A stretch of DNA of 64,000 nucleotides from Mobula hypostoma. Taxonomy: Eukaryota. Numbering within the stretch: position 1 is the first letter of the stretch; every line of letters begins with the position of its first letter. Of this stretch, positions 1 to 12,861 are shown piece after piece. The DNA lies in the NCBI RefSeq assembly GCF_963921235.1, contig NC_086097.1:181414001-181478000 (forward strand), read 5' to 3'. The notes beneath the pieces were generated by a model. It had not been told where the DNA came from, did no database searches, and saw only the letters and a program-made list of their open reading frames with translations. The position numbers and the translations under genes are program-made.

Positions 1-64
1 CGGTGGGAATTGAACCCAGGTTGCTGGTACTGTAAAGCATTGGCACTATGCTACCGTGCCACCC
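1..64 (-). mobile_element. 5' head of a tRNA-derived SINE (cut by window edge)
   Basis: The reverse complement reads gggtggcacggtagcatagtg...cctgggttcaattcccaccg, with A-box-like and B-box (GGTTCAATTCC) Pol III motifs. Confidence 0.7.
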
Positions 65-2384
65 TACCCTAATTCTTTTGTGGATGACTATTAGGAATTA
101 ATACACAGTTATTTAGTACTGTCATACTACTGGTAGTGTTCTAATTTGTTCTGTATTTCATTTAAATATGTAAATTGTTATTCAGTTAAATGGTAGTTTG
201 TCTCTTTTATACCTTTTATCAATTTCCATGAAACTTCGGCTCATTTGGCAGCCGCTTCATTGGGCCAAAATGTACTGTTCCTGATGTGTCCCAATTAACC
301 AGAATCTGTTGTGTATTTAATATTCTGGTATTGTTTGAGTAATCTTGTAAATATATCGTTTGATCAAGCATCTTTGTTATTTATATAATGCCTTATGCTT
401 ACATGTAAAAATAGGTGAATTGCATACGGCATGACATTAAATCGTGATACATGCGTGCCTCACTTAACGTGAAAAAACTAAGTTAGACTTGCATTCCTGG
501 CTCTCTTGTTTTTCTTTTTATCCATGTAATGTTTTTGGAGTTACAAAACATAACGGTGGCAGTGAGGTATTTTTAAAAGGAACCTGAGATGACCCCTATC
601 TGTGGAAGTGCAGTGAGATGTTCAAGTATTTTTTTAAAAAGTAGAGCTTTGTGTGTTCTTTGGAAGGAGACCAAAGCAGTTGAGTTTTTTTAAAAAAGAC
701 AGAAAACGGAAGAATTAACAGGTTCATAAACAGTGAGTACAAGGTGATAATAATCACTTTAAAAAAGCAGAAATGGCTGGCTACATTGGAAAGATAGATG
801 TGTTCCATTATACATCACATGACTGAATTTTGTATACTGAACAATTTGAGCAGTATTTAGAGCTAAAGGAATAGCCATTGAGAAGCGATTGCCCATTTTG
901 CTGAATGCATTGCATTTAAAGGGATACAATTTGCTTCGAAGTTTAACTGCTCCAACCAAACAAGCTGAAATGAGGTTTGCTGATATTGTGAAAGTAATGC
1001 AAGAACATTTAGAACCACAAAACCATTGTTGATTGCAGAACGCTTCAGGTTTCATAAGCAGAATTAGAAGGAAGGGCAGTCCATTTCAGCTCATGTGGCT
1101 GAATCAAAGAGGTTTTCTGAGCATTGTCAGTTCAATGACAGGCTTAATAATGCACTGAGAGATTGTTTAGTTTGTATAATATTACAAGAAAACATTTAAA
1201 AGTCTCCTACTTGAAGCACGACTTACATTTAAAAGCTGTTGAAATTGCTATCTCAGTGGAAACCACTGACAGAGATGCAATTGAGTTGTAGTCAGGAATG
1301 AAAGTGAGCGTGAACAAAATTGCAACAGAAAAACAGAAGTGTGCCTGACCAAACAAATTGTGTTATTATTGTGACCAGGGCTCACATACACCAGATCAAT
1401 CCAGGTTTAAATGTGAAACTTGCAGAAAAGTAGGACACATACAAAGAACTGTCAAGCATACAGGGATAAATGGACTGCACAGGGAAGAGAAAAGGGTAAA
1501 AGTCAAGTTGCAGTTTCAAAAAGAGCACTAATCTACATATTGATAAAAAATCTGATAATGAAGAACAAAGAGAGTGAAACAGGACTGAGTAGCCTTGAGA
1601 TTTACAGTGTGAAAACTAGCAATAGACAAGTAATATGCCTTACGCCAGACACCAACTGCAAGTTAATTAAAATGGAATTGGACAGTGGTTTGGCTATTTC
1701 AGTCATTCCATAAAATATGTTTGAACAGTATTTCAGCTATACTAAACTGAACCCTGCAGATATCCAACTAAGAATCTATACTGGAGAAAAAAAGGACTCC
1801 TATGGGAATGACATTTGTAACAGTGAAATACAACAAACAACAAGCCACATTGGGTTTGTGTATGGTAAAAACAGTACAGCCAGCATTATGGGGCTATGTC
1901 TGGCTGAGACAACTACAACCTGATTGGAGATCCATCCACCATTTACATGCCACTTCCCCTGTAAATAGAGTTAACTGAAAGCATATTAAGGAAGGTACAG
2001 GATGATGCCACAACTGTCTCCATGCTGCACACCATGAACCATTGCCCAATAGAGAGCAAACAGGTGTTGATGCCAACTTCTGTGCTTCTATTTCAAAAGC
2101 AGATTGGACCAATTAAGGACCTTGCTGCTCGGGGGAATCGTGAAAGTGATGAATGCAGTTGTCTGACTACAGCAGTTTTTGTAGACAACATATCTGAGAA
2201 AGCTTCTGATATGTTAATCAGGCTTGTGAAATGTGTCTTGATGTTGAGCTGGAAGAGAATTCAAGGAGCTTGAGGAAAGTTGGAAGCATATTGGTTTTTG
2301 TGAGTATAAAGAATGAGAATCTACTCTGCATACATTAAGGTTATTGCAAAAATTTCGGATGGGAGACAAAAAGCTGCTTTTTAA

Positions 2385-2587
2385 CACTCACAACACGCTG
2401 GAGGAACTCAGCAGGTCGGGCAGCATCCTGGAAAAGATCGGTTGATGTTTCGGGCCGGAACCCTTCATCAGGACTCTGGCCCGAAACGTCGACCGATCTT
2501 TTCCACAGATGCTGCCCGACCTGCAAGTTCCTCCAGCGTGTTGTGAGTGTTGCTTTGACCCAAGCATCTGCAGATTATTTTGTTGTT
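2385..2587. mobile_element. Fold-back (palindromic) Penelope-derived mini-element
   Basis: Two inverted copies of the PLE terminal repeat, flanked by a 14-bp TSD aagctgctttttaa at 2371-2384 and 2588-2601. Confidence 0.8.
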
Positions 2588-2901
2588 AAGCTGCTTTTTA
2601 AAGTAGATGCACAGACCAAATTGTGTACGAGTTGAGATGCAGTCTTATTGAGTTAGAGTTTATAGCTGGATGAATGGAAGGCCAAAAACAAGAGTCAATG
2701 CAGAATCAAAAACAGAGGATTTGTTGGATGATGTTGTAGATAGGAAACCAAGAGAAGGGATCATATTGTAAAGGGAGCAATAGAAGGGTTAATAAGAGAT
2801 TACTCCAGTGAATTAAATGCACCTTCCCAAGATCGAGATGCACATCTTAGAAAGAATAAAGAAGAGGATAATGGAAACGGAAGAGAGTAAACAAGAGGGT
2901 A

Positions 2902-2937
2902 AGTCCTGATGAAGGGTCTCGGCCCGAAACGTCGACT
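2902..2937 (+). ncRNA. Minimal type I hammerhead ribozyme motif
   Basis: Sequence reads agtc-CTGATGA-a-ggg-tctcgg-ccc-GAAA-c-GTC-gact. Stem I is AGUC/GACU, stem II is GGG/CCC, stem III is the palindromic ACGU, and the cleavage triplet is GUC. Confidence 0.75.
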
Positions 2938-3035
2938 GTACCTCTTCCTAGAGATGCTGCCTGGCCTGCTGCGTTCACCAGCAACTTTGAAGTGTGTTGC
3001 TTGAATTTCCAGCATCTGCAGAATTCCTCGTGTGT
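2903..3035 (+). mobile_element. Solo Penelope-like terminal repeat (pLTR) fragment
   Basis: Matches the pLTRs of the long copies. An 8-bp TSD gagggtaa lies at 2895-2902 and 3036-3043. Confidence 0.8.
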
Positions 3036-3594
3036 GAGGGTAAACGGGACCTTATTTCTAGAAATTTGCAAATTCAGAAAAAAACTTGAAACTAGAAGAA
3101 GAAAAAGGAAAATGAGACAAATCAAGACAAGAAGTTATGAAGGAGAGAAGCAAGGCTTGAAGTAGATCCAGAAAGAAAAACCCAAAAAAGGGGAAGAAAG
3201 GTGTCCAGAGCTGTCAAAACCAGTTCCTGCAGTCCCAGTCAACTCCTATAACCACCACGGAGGAGGCCCCAGACCCTGAGATTGTTTCATCTTACCTGCC
3301 AAGCAGAGTGATCATCCTTGTCAGGAAAGATGTTATCCCTGAGTAAGAAAACCTCCACAGCGATTAAATCTTTAGGCCTGAATGGGACAATTTAAAATTT
3401 ACTATGCTGTGGGTGTCTATATCATAGTAGTATTACATAGTATATTGTGTATGAGTTGAGATGCAGTCTTATTGAGTTAGAGTTTATAGCTAAGCAGGGA
3501 GGAATGTTATGTCTTTAATAATTAAGTAATATTTGAGTAATCTTGTAAATATATTGTTTGATTAAGCATTTTTTGTTTATATAATTCGTTATGG

Positions 3595-4236
3595 TGTAAC
3601 TGGAAATCTACCATGGGACCCCTGCAAGCCCAAGCACTTATCCCGGACGAGCTCCCATAAATGTAATGCTCAGGGCTATTGGCTCATGTTTGTCTCGGGT
3701 AAACCCCGTCCGCCCACCAAACTGTGTCTCACGTTTTGCGTAGTTGCTGTGTAATGCACCCTGGTTCAAACTCACACATCAAATATCAAACAGCACACAA
3801 TGTATGAATTACAGATTACACTTTATAGATCATACTGGAACTTTGTATTTAAAAGGGATACAATATAAAAGGAAAGTGAAGTGCGCCAAACTTAATCAGA
3901 GTTCAATTACTTCGTGCACTACCATTGGAGCTCAATTAATGGGGTCTTCTTTCCGCCATGCGACCTCCTCCGAAACGCGCGACCCACCGCCTGGGACCAA
4001 CCATGGTGGTCGACCAGAGCGCGTCCAGCACGTCCTTCCTCTTTGGTCTCCTCCCGAAAAACCCACCAAACCACACTGTTCCCAGCCATATGAGACAGAA
4101 TATCACCCACAAAAAGAATAACATGGACACTCATTGGTTCATTCTTTCCCTTATCAATAATATAACCCAAACAAGCAGGGAGAGAGAGAACTCCTTACAT
4201 CGCAGTTATTATTACAGAAAATCCATTTTAGATACA
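3595..4236. mobile_element. Probable solo LTR inserted in the Gypsy 3' LTR
   Basis: A ~640 bp block with TGTA...TACA ends (tgtaac ... gataca) that abruptly interrupts the LTR similarity at 3594. Confidence 0.5.
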
Positions 4237-5168
4237 GGTGTCCCCCGCTTTACAAAACCTCACTGTTACGAAAGACCTATATTAGTTACCTGTTTTTGCT
4301 AACAAAAGGTGTTTTCACTGTTACGAAAAAAGCAGTGCATGCCCCGAGCAGCCAAGCTCCTCCCCCGGAACTGCAATCTAGCTGGCATTGCTTAACCACG
4401 TACCTGTGAGAAGCCGTTAGCAAGATGAGTTCTAAGGTATCGGAAAAGCCTAAAGGAGCTCGTAAGGGTGTTACATTTAGCATAAAACTAGACATAATTA
4501 AGCGTTTCGATCATGGTGAGTGAAGTAAGGACAAAGTGAGTTTGTCTTGTGGAAGTTGACAAAGATGATGTTGAAGAGGTTTTGGCATCCCATGACCAGG
4601 AACTGATAGATGAAGAGCTGATGCAATTGGAAGGGGAAAGGATAACAATCAAAACCGAATGCAGTAGCGAACGGACCGAAAGTGAAGTCGTCCAGGAACT
4701 GAACGTGAAGCAACTGCATGAGATTTTCGCTGCAGTTTTTTGCAGAAAAGTACATCTTTAATTTTGAAAGGGTACGTAGGTTTAGGGCATATTTGCAGGA
4801 TGGTTTGAGTGCTTAGAAAGAACTGTATGATAGGAAAATGCATGAGGCTAAGCAGTCAAGCAGACTCGTTTTTCAAGCCTTCCACATCAGCCACAGCAGA
4901 CGACGAACCTCGACCTTTGACATCGAGGCAGGCAGACACAGAAGAAGATGACTTGCCTGCCCTGATGGAGATAGACGACGATGAGATGACACCCCAATGT
5001 CCCACCACCCCAACCCCTGGGCCGCGGACTGATACATTGCCGCAGAGAATGCAGCGGTAGCCGGGACACACCCAGCACATCTTTAAGAAAAAAGCTGAAA
5101 TAAACAAGCTAATTCATTAGGTGCCGCCAGCACGTAAATGTCGGCCCAGATCAGAGGCGATTGCCGAT
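4235..5168 (+). mobile_element. Internally deleted Tigger/pogo DNA transposon
   Basis: TIR-like caggtgtcccccgcttt follows a TA. An N-terminal HTH remnant (SEKPKGARKGVTFSIKLDIIKRFDHGE) is joined directly to the acidic C-terminal segment (EVDKDDVEEVLASHDQELIDEELMQLE); the DDE core is absent. Confidence 0.7.
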
Positions 5169-6380
5169 AAGCTCCCAGAGAGAAGTGGTTGAGGCAGGTA
5201 CAATAACAACTTTTAAAAGACAATTGGACAGGTAGGTACATGAAGAGGAAAGGATTAGAAGGCTATGGTTTGGATGAGTTTTCTTCATTGGCATGGAGCA
5301 GTTGTGCCGAAGGGCACACTTCCATGCTGTGGAACTATGAATGTCCTTAAGTTGTAAAATGCATACAACTCACTCACTGTGGTAACCATGCCTCCAAGGT
5401 ACTGTAATGAATGGCATCAGAAGTACACAGCATTGATGAGAGAGATCTTTTCCGAAAGGGTGGAAAGAGAGAGGAATTTATTTCTGCTGTCCATAAGAGC
5501 AAACTGTTACAAGTACGTCAGCCTTTTGTAATGAATACTGCAACAGGATGTTGTTTGTATGTAGGGGTATCTGTAAGTCGGATGTTTGTAAGCTGGGGGT
5601 GGAATGCACTGGGCACATTGGCTCTATTGCTTATTTAAATCCATCCAAGGATGGATTTCTTTTCTCAGTGGTTTCTACTTTGTCTTTGCTTTGTTAACTT
5701 TGCCCTTTAGTTCCCGTCTCTCCTCCCACAGGACGATCCCTCACAGATCTAAACAACTTCCTTTGCTCTAAGGAGGAATATTTCAATTTCTCTATTCTAT
5801 TATCCTGAATCCTGAAGCCTTCCCTGAAGTCCTTCTGCGAAATTTCATCTGCATTCTCTCCAGAACCTTCATACCCTCGCCATAGAGAGGCTCAGGCAGA
5901 GGTCGAACCATGAACATTAAAAAAAAATGTAACTTGAGCTGAAGGTGTGAGAGGGAGCTAGAGGGTGGTGAATTGTTGTTTGTTGAGACATCCCAGAAAC
6001 ACTGACCATCGGCCCTGGTGTAAGAGCTCTTTTTTTGAGAAGAGTTTTACTCTGACTGAGTTAGAAGTTGCCAAGTGGTATAGGCAGCTGCAGGAATTAA
6101 TGATTAATTTCCAGGCCCTTGCTGTAAGCACAGACCTGGAGGTGAATCATTAGGACCTTTCGAAGTGCAGTATAGTTTTCAATCATTTTCTCTGCACACA
6201 TTTTAGGGACAGAGTTGGGGAAGAGAGATACTTTGACCGGGCAGGACAAGTGGGACAGAAGATGATGTAGTTATATCTCAAACAGAACATCCAACCAGGG
6301 TCGGCAACCTGCCCAGAAGAGTAAGCTGCGTCAGTAAAGATCCTGTGACCAGGAACGGCTCCTCACCTCCCGGTTGAGCG

Positions 6381-6395
6381 GGTTAATCAGTAACC
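6381..6395. promoter_or_regulatory. HNF1-type palindromic site upstream of the AE2b2-like first exon
   Basis: GGTTAATCAGTAACC has one mismatch to the GTTAATNATTAAC consensus. It lies in non-repetitive DNA about 185 nt upstream of the ATG at 6578. Confidence 0.65.
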
Positions 6396-6577
6396 ATAGA
6401 GCTGTGAGCGTCCTCAGCAGGGACAGGCCACACTGACTTACAACTCACTGCCCTCCTGGTCATTAGCTAGGAATTGCTAACCAAATGTGCTACTTATCGT
6501 AATTTTTAGTAAGCTTGAATTCTTTACCATCTGATCTGATTTATTCTGTGAATGGTCTGATCCTGGGGTGAAGTTTT

Positions 6578-6601
6578 ATGGACTTCCTTCTGAGTCATGA
6601 G
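6578..6601 (+). CDS. SLC4A2: Coding part of an alternative first exon (AE2b2-like), MDFLLSHE
   Basis: ATG GAC TTC CTT CTG AGT CAT GAG is followed by a perfect donor AG|GTAAGT, with an in-frame TGA at 6569-6571 upstream. Phase 0 fits the exon at 51128. The mammalian AE2b2 N-terminus is MDFLLRPQ, also 8 aa. Confidence 0.8.
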
Positions 6602-6894
6602 GTAAGTCCATGCCAGAAACAGAACAGAACCATCCTGGGTAATCCGGAGCATTGATTTGCTTGTTTAATTTGCCAGGTGGGTGATGTGGACCAGCACAGG
6701 ATTCTCCTTGGTAGACTCTTGCCTGTATCTGTCCAGTGTTGTTATGTACTTTACTTCTGCACAGTTCTACACCACGTGGTTCTGGTTCAAAGTTGCTCTG
6801 TTTCAAAGTTTCTTGGTTGTACATGTGTTTTTAAATATTGAAGTCATGATAGAGGGATGAACTGCATCATGTCAAAGCTTACAAGCAAAGTCAT

Positions 6895-8330
6895 AGGATA
6901 GAACACTACAACACAGTAACAGGCCTTTGGCCCATCTAGTCTATGCCGAACGATTAATCTGCCTAGTTCCATCAACCTGCACCTGGACCATAGCCCTGCA
7001 TATCCCTTTCATCAATATACCTATCCAAATTTATCTTAAATGTTGAAATCAATTTCATTATCAGTGATGGCAGCTCTTTTCATGCTTTCACCACCCGACA
7101 GGTAAGAAGTTCCCTCTTATGTTCCCCTTAAACATTTCACCTTTCACCCTTAACCCATGACTTCTAGTTGTATTCTCACCCAATCAGCGGAAAAAGCGTT
7201 CTTGCATTTACCATCTCTATACTCCTTATAACCCTAATAGGGTTGTATAACCCTATTAAATCATGGTTTAATCTTCTATATTTAAAGTCCTAACCTGTTC
7301 AACCTTTCCCTGTAACTCAGGTCCTCAATCCCTGGCAACATCCTTATAAAGTTTCTCTGTACTTTTTCAGTCTTACTTCCAAATTTTCTGTAGGTAGGTG
7401 ATCAAAACAGCATACAGTAGTCCAAACACTCTGAAAGAAGCTGTAGAAAGTTGTAAAATTAGTCAGCTCCATCTTGGATACTCAAGGCATCTTCAAGGAG
7501 TGGTGCCTTAGAAAGGCAACTTCCATTATTAAGGACCCCATCACCCAGGACAAGCCCTCTTCGCACTGTTATCGTCAGGAAGGAGTTGCAGAAGCCTGAA
7601 GGCACACACTCAGCGATTCAGGAACAACTTCTTCCCCTCTACCGTAAGATTCCTAAGTGGACATTTAACTCATGAACACGACCTAATTTTTAAAATACAT
7701 TATTTGTTTTTGCACTGTTAGTCTATTGAATATATATGTGTGTGTGTGTATATATATATATACACTTCTACTACCACTCTCTGGCTTTTCCTGCGAATGC
7801 CTAATCCACTTTATTGCCTCATCTTGAATGCCAAGCGACTGAACTTTCTTGACCAAACCTCCCATGTGGGACTTTGTTAAATGCCTTGATAAAGTCCATG
7901 TAGACAACATCTACTGACTTGCCTTCATCAATTTTTCTGGTAACTTCCTCAAAAATCTCTGAGATTAGTTAGACACGACTTACCACGCACTAAACCATGT
8001 TAACTATCCCTAATCAGTCCCATCCTGTCACTGTCTGTTGGAATACCTTTCAATAACTTTTCCACTACTGATGTCAGGCTCACCAGCCTATAATTTTCTG
8101 TCTATTCTTAGAACCTTTCTTAAACAATGGAACAAAATTAGCTATCCTCCAATCCTCTGGTGTCTCATCCATGGCTAAAGATGTTTTAAATATCTCTGCA
8201 GGACCCCTGCAATTTCTACACTAGTCTCCCTCAGGGCCTGAGGGAACACCTTGCAGGCACTGGGGATTTATGCACCCTAATGTGCCTCAAGATAGCAATC
8301 ACCTCCTCCTCTATAATCCGTACAGAGCAT
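6895..8330 (-). mobile_element. CR1 LINE fragments (RT and 3' end), interrupted by a Rex1-like 3' fragment near 7430-7760
   Basis: Minus-strand RT remnants of the VDVVYMDF.KAFDKV type lie near 7860-7920, and a CR1 3' tail near 6895-6940. Confidence 0.7.
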
Positions 8331-8984
8331 GACCTTACTGCTGCTTTGCCTGTCCTGATGAGTTCCTCTAGCACTTTGTGTGTATTGCTTTGGATTTCCA
8401 ACATCTGCTGATTTTCTTGTGGAGGTCATAAATGACCTGATCACTGAGGCACAAGAACATGGCAGGTGTAAGCCCTTCGGCCTCTCAGATCTGACCCACC
8501 TTTCAATATGATCATAGAACAGTTAAAGTACAGAAACAGCCCTTGCAGCCCACAATATTGTGGTGAATTAATTAAATTAACTTAGCAATTAAACTGATTA
8601 CTTCTGCCTAGGCAATGTCCATATCCTTCCATTCCCTGAAAATTCATATGCCTAAGAGCCTCTGGAACACTTCTGTCATATTTGCCTCCATCACCACCCC
8701 TGGCAGCACATGACAGACACCCACCACTTGCTATGTGTATATATAAAGAAAAGGGGGAACTGTCCAGGACATCTCCTTTGAACTTAATCCCTCTCATTGT
8801 AAATGCATGCCCTCTGGTATTAGCTTTGGTACGTGTGCTAATGAGCTAATTCCAATTCTTAAGGTCAGGCAGTATCTGCAACAGCAGAAATGGAATTCAT
8901 TTGTCAGGTTGAACAAAACTTAAAACACAGAAGTAGGACTGGGCGCATGTACCCCTGGACCTGCTCTGTTCAGGACACCTGCAA

Positions 8985-9475
8985 CTGAAAGGGTACAGAG
9001 GAGATTTACAAGGATGTTGCCCGGATTGGGGAGCATGCCTTATGAAAACAGGTTGAGTGAACTTGGCCTTTTCTCCTTGGAGTGACGGAGGATGAGAGGT
9101 GACCTGATAGAGGCATATAAGATGATGAGAGGCATTGATCGTGTGGATAGTCAGAGGCTTTTTCCCAGGGCTGAAATGGTTGCTACAAGAGGGCACAGGT
9201 TTAAGATGCTGGGGAGTAGGTACAGAGGAGATGTCAGGGGTAAGTTTTTTACTCAGAGAGTGGTGAGTGCATGGAATGGGCTACTGGCAACAGTGGTGGA
9301 GGCGGATACGATAGGGTCTCTTAAGAGACTTTTGGATAGGTACATGGAGCTTAGAAAAATAGAGGGCTATGGAGAAGTCTAGTAATTTCTAAGGTAGGGA
9401 CATGTTCGGCACAACTTTGTGGGCCAAAGGGCCTGTACAGTGGCTCTAGGTTTTCTATATTTCTATGTTTCTATC
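8985..9475 (+). mobile_element. CR1 LINE 3' fragment
   Basis: ORF2 C-terminus MRGDLIEAYKMMRGIDRVDSQRLFPR...TRGH...FFTQRVVSAWNGL, ending in a ttctatgt-type tail. Confidence 0.85.
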
Positions 9476-9629
9476 TGACCTGATCTTGCCCCACATCCTT
9501 GACCAACCTTCCATGTCAAATACCTTGTTAAAAGTCCATGTAGACAACGTCCACTGACTTACCTTCATCAACTTTTCTGGTAACTTCCTCTAAAACTCTA
9601 TAAGATTGGTTAGACACAACTTACCACGC

Positions 9630-11190
9630 AAAGGAGAGTGGGAAGCAAAGAGTGGGAATAAAGGGATCCTTTTCTGGTTGGCTGCCAGTGTCTAGTGGTG
9701 TTCCACAGAGGTTGATGTTAGGATCGCTTCTTTTCACCTGTATGTTAATGATCTGGCTGATGGAATTGATGGCATTGTGGCCACATTTGCAGACAATACA
9801 AAGTTAGATGGAGGGGCAGGTGGTGTTGAGGAAGCAGGGAGTCTACAGAAGAACTTGGACAGATTAGGAGAATAGGCAATGAAGTGGCAGCTGAATTCAG
9901 TGTATGGAAGTGTGTGGTCATGCACTTTGGGAATAAAGGCATAAACTATTTTCGAAATGGCAGGCAAATTCATAAATCAGGGGTGTAAAGGGATTTGGGA
10001 GTCCTTGTGTAGGATTCCTTAAAGGTTAATTTGCAGTTTGGTCAGTAGTAGTGAAAGCAAATGCAATGTTAGCATTCACTTCAGAAGGATGAGAACATCA
10101 GAATCAGGTTTATTATCACTGGCATATGTTGTGAAATTTGCTAACTTAGCAGCAGCAGTACAATACAGAAGATGATAATATAGAAAGAAAAATAAATCAA
10201 TTACAGTTAGTGTGTGTGTGTGTGTGTGTATGTATGTATATAGTGCAAAAACAGAAATGATAAACATTTTTAAAAAGTGAAGTAGTGTTCTTGGGTTCCA
10301 TGTCCATTTAGGAATGATATGGTAGAGGGGAAGAAGATGTTCTTGAACATAAGACCATAAGACAAAGGAGCAGAATTAGGCCATCTGACCCATCGAGTCT
10401 GCTCTGCCATTCAATCATGGCTAATCCTCCTCAACCCCAGTTTCCAGCTTTCTCCCCGTAACCTTTGACGCCGTGTCCAATCAAGAACCAATCAATCTCT
10501 GCCTTAAGTACACTCAACGACCTGGCATTCACAGCTGCATGTGGCAACAAATTTGCCATTAAAGCAAGGATGTGATGCTGGGGCTTTAAAAGACATTGAT
10601 CACACCACGCGGAGTATTGTGAGCAGTTTTGAACCCCTTATTTAAGAAAAAATGTGCTGACATTGCAGAGGGTCCCAAGGAGGTTCACAAAAGTGATCCC
10701 AAGGATGAAGGGGTTAATGAAAGAGGAGTGTTTGATGACTCTGGGCTTATACTCGTTGGAGTTCAGAAGAATTATGTGTGTGGTGGGGGGGGGGGTGGAG
10801 GGGAGATCTCATTGAGACCTATTGAATGTTAAAAGACCAAGATAGAGTGGATGTGAAGTGGATGTTTCTTGTAGTGCCTGAGTCTGGGACCAGAGGCACA
10901 GCCTCAAAATAGAATGATGTCCCTTTAGAACAGAGGAGAGGAGAAATTTCTTTTGCCAATGGGTGGTAAATGTGTGGAGTTCATTGCCACCAATGAAGGC
11001 CAAGTCAATGAGTTTATTGAAGTGAGGGGTTGTCGGCTCTTGATTAGTGAGGGCATCAAAGGTTACAGGGAGAAGGCAAGAGATGGAGTTGAGAGGTATA
11101 AGAAGTCAACCATGATGAAATGGCAGAGCAGACTCAATGGGCCGAATAGCTTAATTCTGCTCCATTGTCTTTTAGTCTTAATGGATTTTC
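9630..11190 (+). mobile_element. Decayed CR1 LINE ORF2 with nested insertions
   Basis: SGVPQ and FADDTK-like RT remnants lie at 9690-9805, and the 3' end is near 11140-11185. Antisense Rex1 and CR1 tails are nested at about 10095-10555. Confidence 0.65.
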
Positions 11191-11384
11191 TGTGATTCAT
11201 GCCTGTGAATTTTATTTTTGCTATTGTGCACAACAAGGCATACAGAGGAAGGCACCTAACCAGAATGCCTTTTTGTTCAACACTTTTTAATGAATAATAT
11301 TTCCTGTTTTCCAGGAACATGTCTCTTTTGCAAATTAAGGAAATACTGTGTGCACTTCCTTCAATAAAGAGACCAAATCTCCTC

Positions 11385-12822
11385 AGAATCAGATTAAGAA
11401 TTAAAATCAGGTCATGAAATTTGTTGTTTTGCTGTAGCAGTATGTAGTAAAAAGTTATAAATAACAATGCGAAGTATATATAAGAATTAAATAAATAGTG
11501 AAAAAAGAGAGGGGGGAAATAGTATAAAATTCCTGAAATATTGAATATGTGTCTTAAGGCTCCTGTGCCGCCTCTTTGATGGTAGCAATGAGAAGAGAGT
11601 ATGTCCTGGGTAATGGGATCTTTAATGATGGATGTCACTTGTTTGATGCAACGCGTTTTGAAGATAGCCTAGATGCTGCAGAGGCTAGTGCCCATGATGG
11701 AGCTGGCTGAGTTTTCAACTTTCTGTAGCTTTGGCCCTCTATACCAAATGGTGATGTAACTAGTTAGAATGCTATCTATGGTACATCTGAAGAAATTTGC
11801 AAGTGTCTTCGGTGACATACCAATTCTCCGTCAAACTCCTAAAGAAAAGTAGCCACTGTGACGCCTTCTTTGTAATTGCATCAATATGTTGGGCCCAGGA
11901 CAGATCCTTACTGATGTTGACACTCAGGAACTTATAACTGCTTACCCTTTCCACTGCTGATCCCTCGTGAGGACTGTTGTGTGTTCCTCGACTTCCCCTT
12001 CCTGAAGTCCGGAATCAATTCCTTGGTCTCACTGATATTGTTGTTGCTGCTGCAACACCACTCAATCATCTGATCTGTCTCACTCCTGTACGCCTCCTCA
12101 TCACCATCTGAAATTCTACCAACAATAGTTGAGTTGCCAGCAAATTTATAGATGCCATTTGAGCTGTGCTTCGCCAGATATTTGTGAGTATAGACAATAG
12201 ACAGTAGGCTAAGCACACATCATTGATGTTTGCCAGTGTTGATTGTCAGCTAGGAGGAAATGTTATTTCCGATCCACACTGACTTTGGTCTCCCAAGGAG
12301 GAAGTCAAGGATCCAGTTGCAGAGGGAGGTGCAGAGGCCCAGTTTTTGGAGCTTGTTGATTAGAACCGAGGGTATGATTGTGTTGAACGCTGAGCTGTGA
12401 TCAAAAATAGCAGCCTGACATAGAGGAAATCTGCAGATGCTGGAAATTCAAGCAACACACACAAAAAATGCTGGTGAACGCAGCAGACCAGGCAGCATCT
12501 ATAGGAAGCGGTACAGGCGACGTTTTGGGCCGAGACCCTTCGTCAGGACTAACTGAAAGAAGAGATAATAAGAGATTTGAAAGTGGGAGGGGGAGCAGGC
12601 GATCCAAAATGATAGGAGAAGACAGGAGGGGGAGGGCTGGAGCTAAGAGCTAGAAAGTTGATTGGCAAAAGGGTTACAAGGCTGGAGAAGGGAGAGGATC
12701 ATGGGATGGGAAGCCTAGGGAGAAAGAAAGGGGGAGGGGAGCCCAGAGGATGGAAGGCAGGCAAGGAGTTATAGTGAGAGGGACAGAGGGAGAAAAAAGA
12801 GAGAAAGGGAGAGTGAGGGGAA

Positions 12823-12861
<39 letters not shown>

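Larger units (their letters stand above)
307..3594 (+). mobile_element. Decayed Gypsy-type LTR retrotransposon (5' LTR ~307-555, gag, protease, 3' LTR from 3505), with internal deletion and later insertions
   Basis: Direct repeats starting TGTT at 307 and 3505 share tttgagtaatcttgtaaatatat. A PBS-like tggcagtgagg lies at 557-567 and a polypurine tract aagcagggaggaa at 3492-3504. Frameshifted gag has Cys/His knuckle remnants near 1360-1450, and the protease motif MELDSGLAISVIP is near 1672-1710. Confidence 0.8.
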
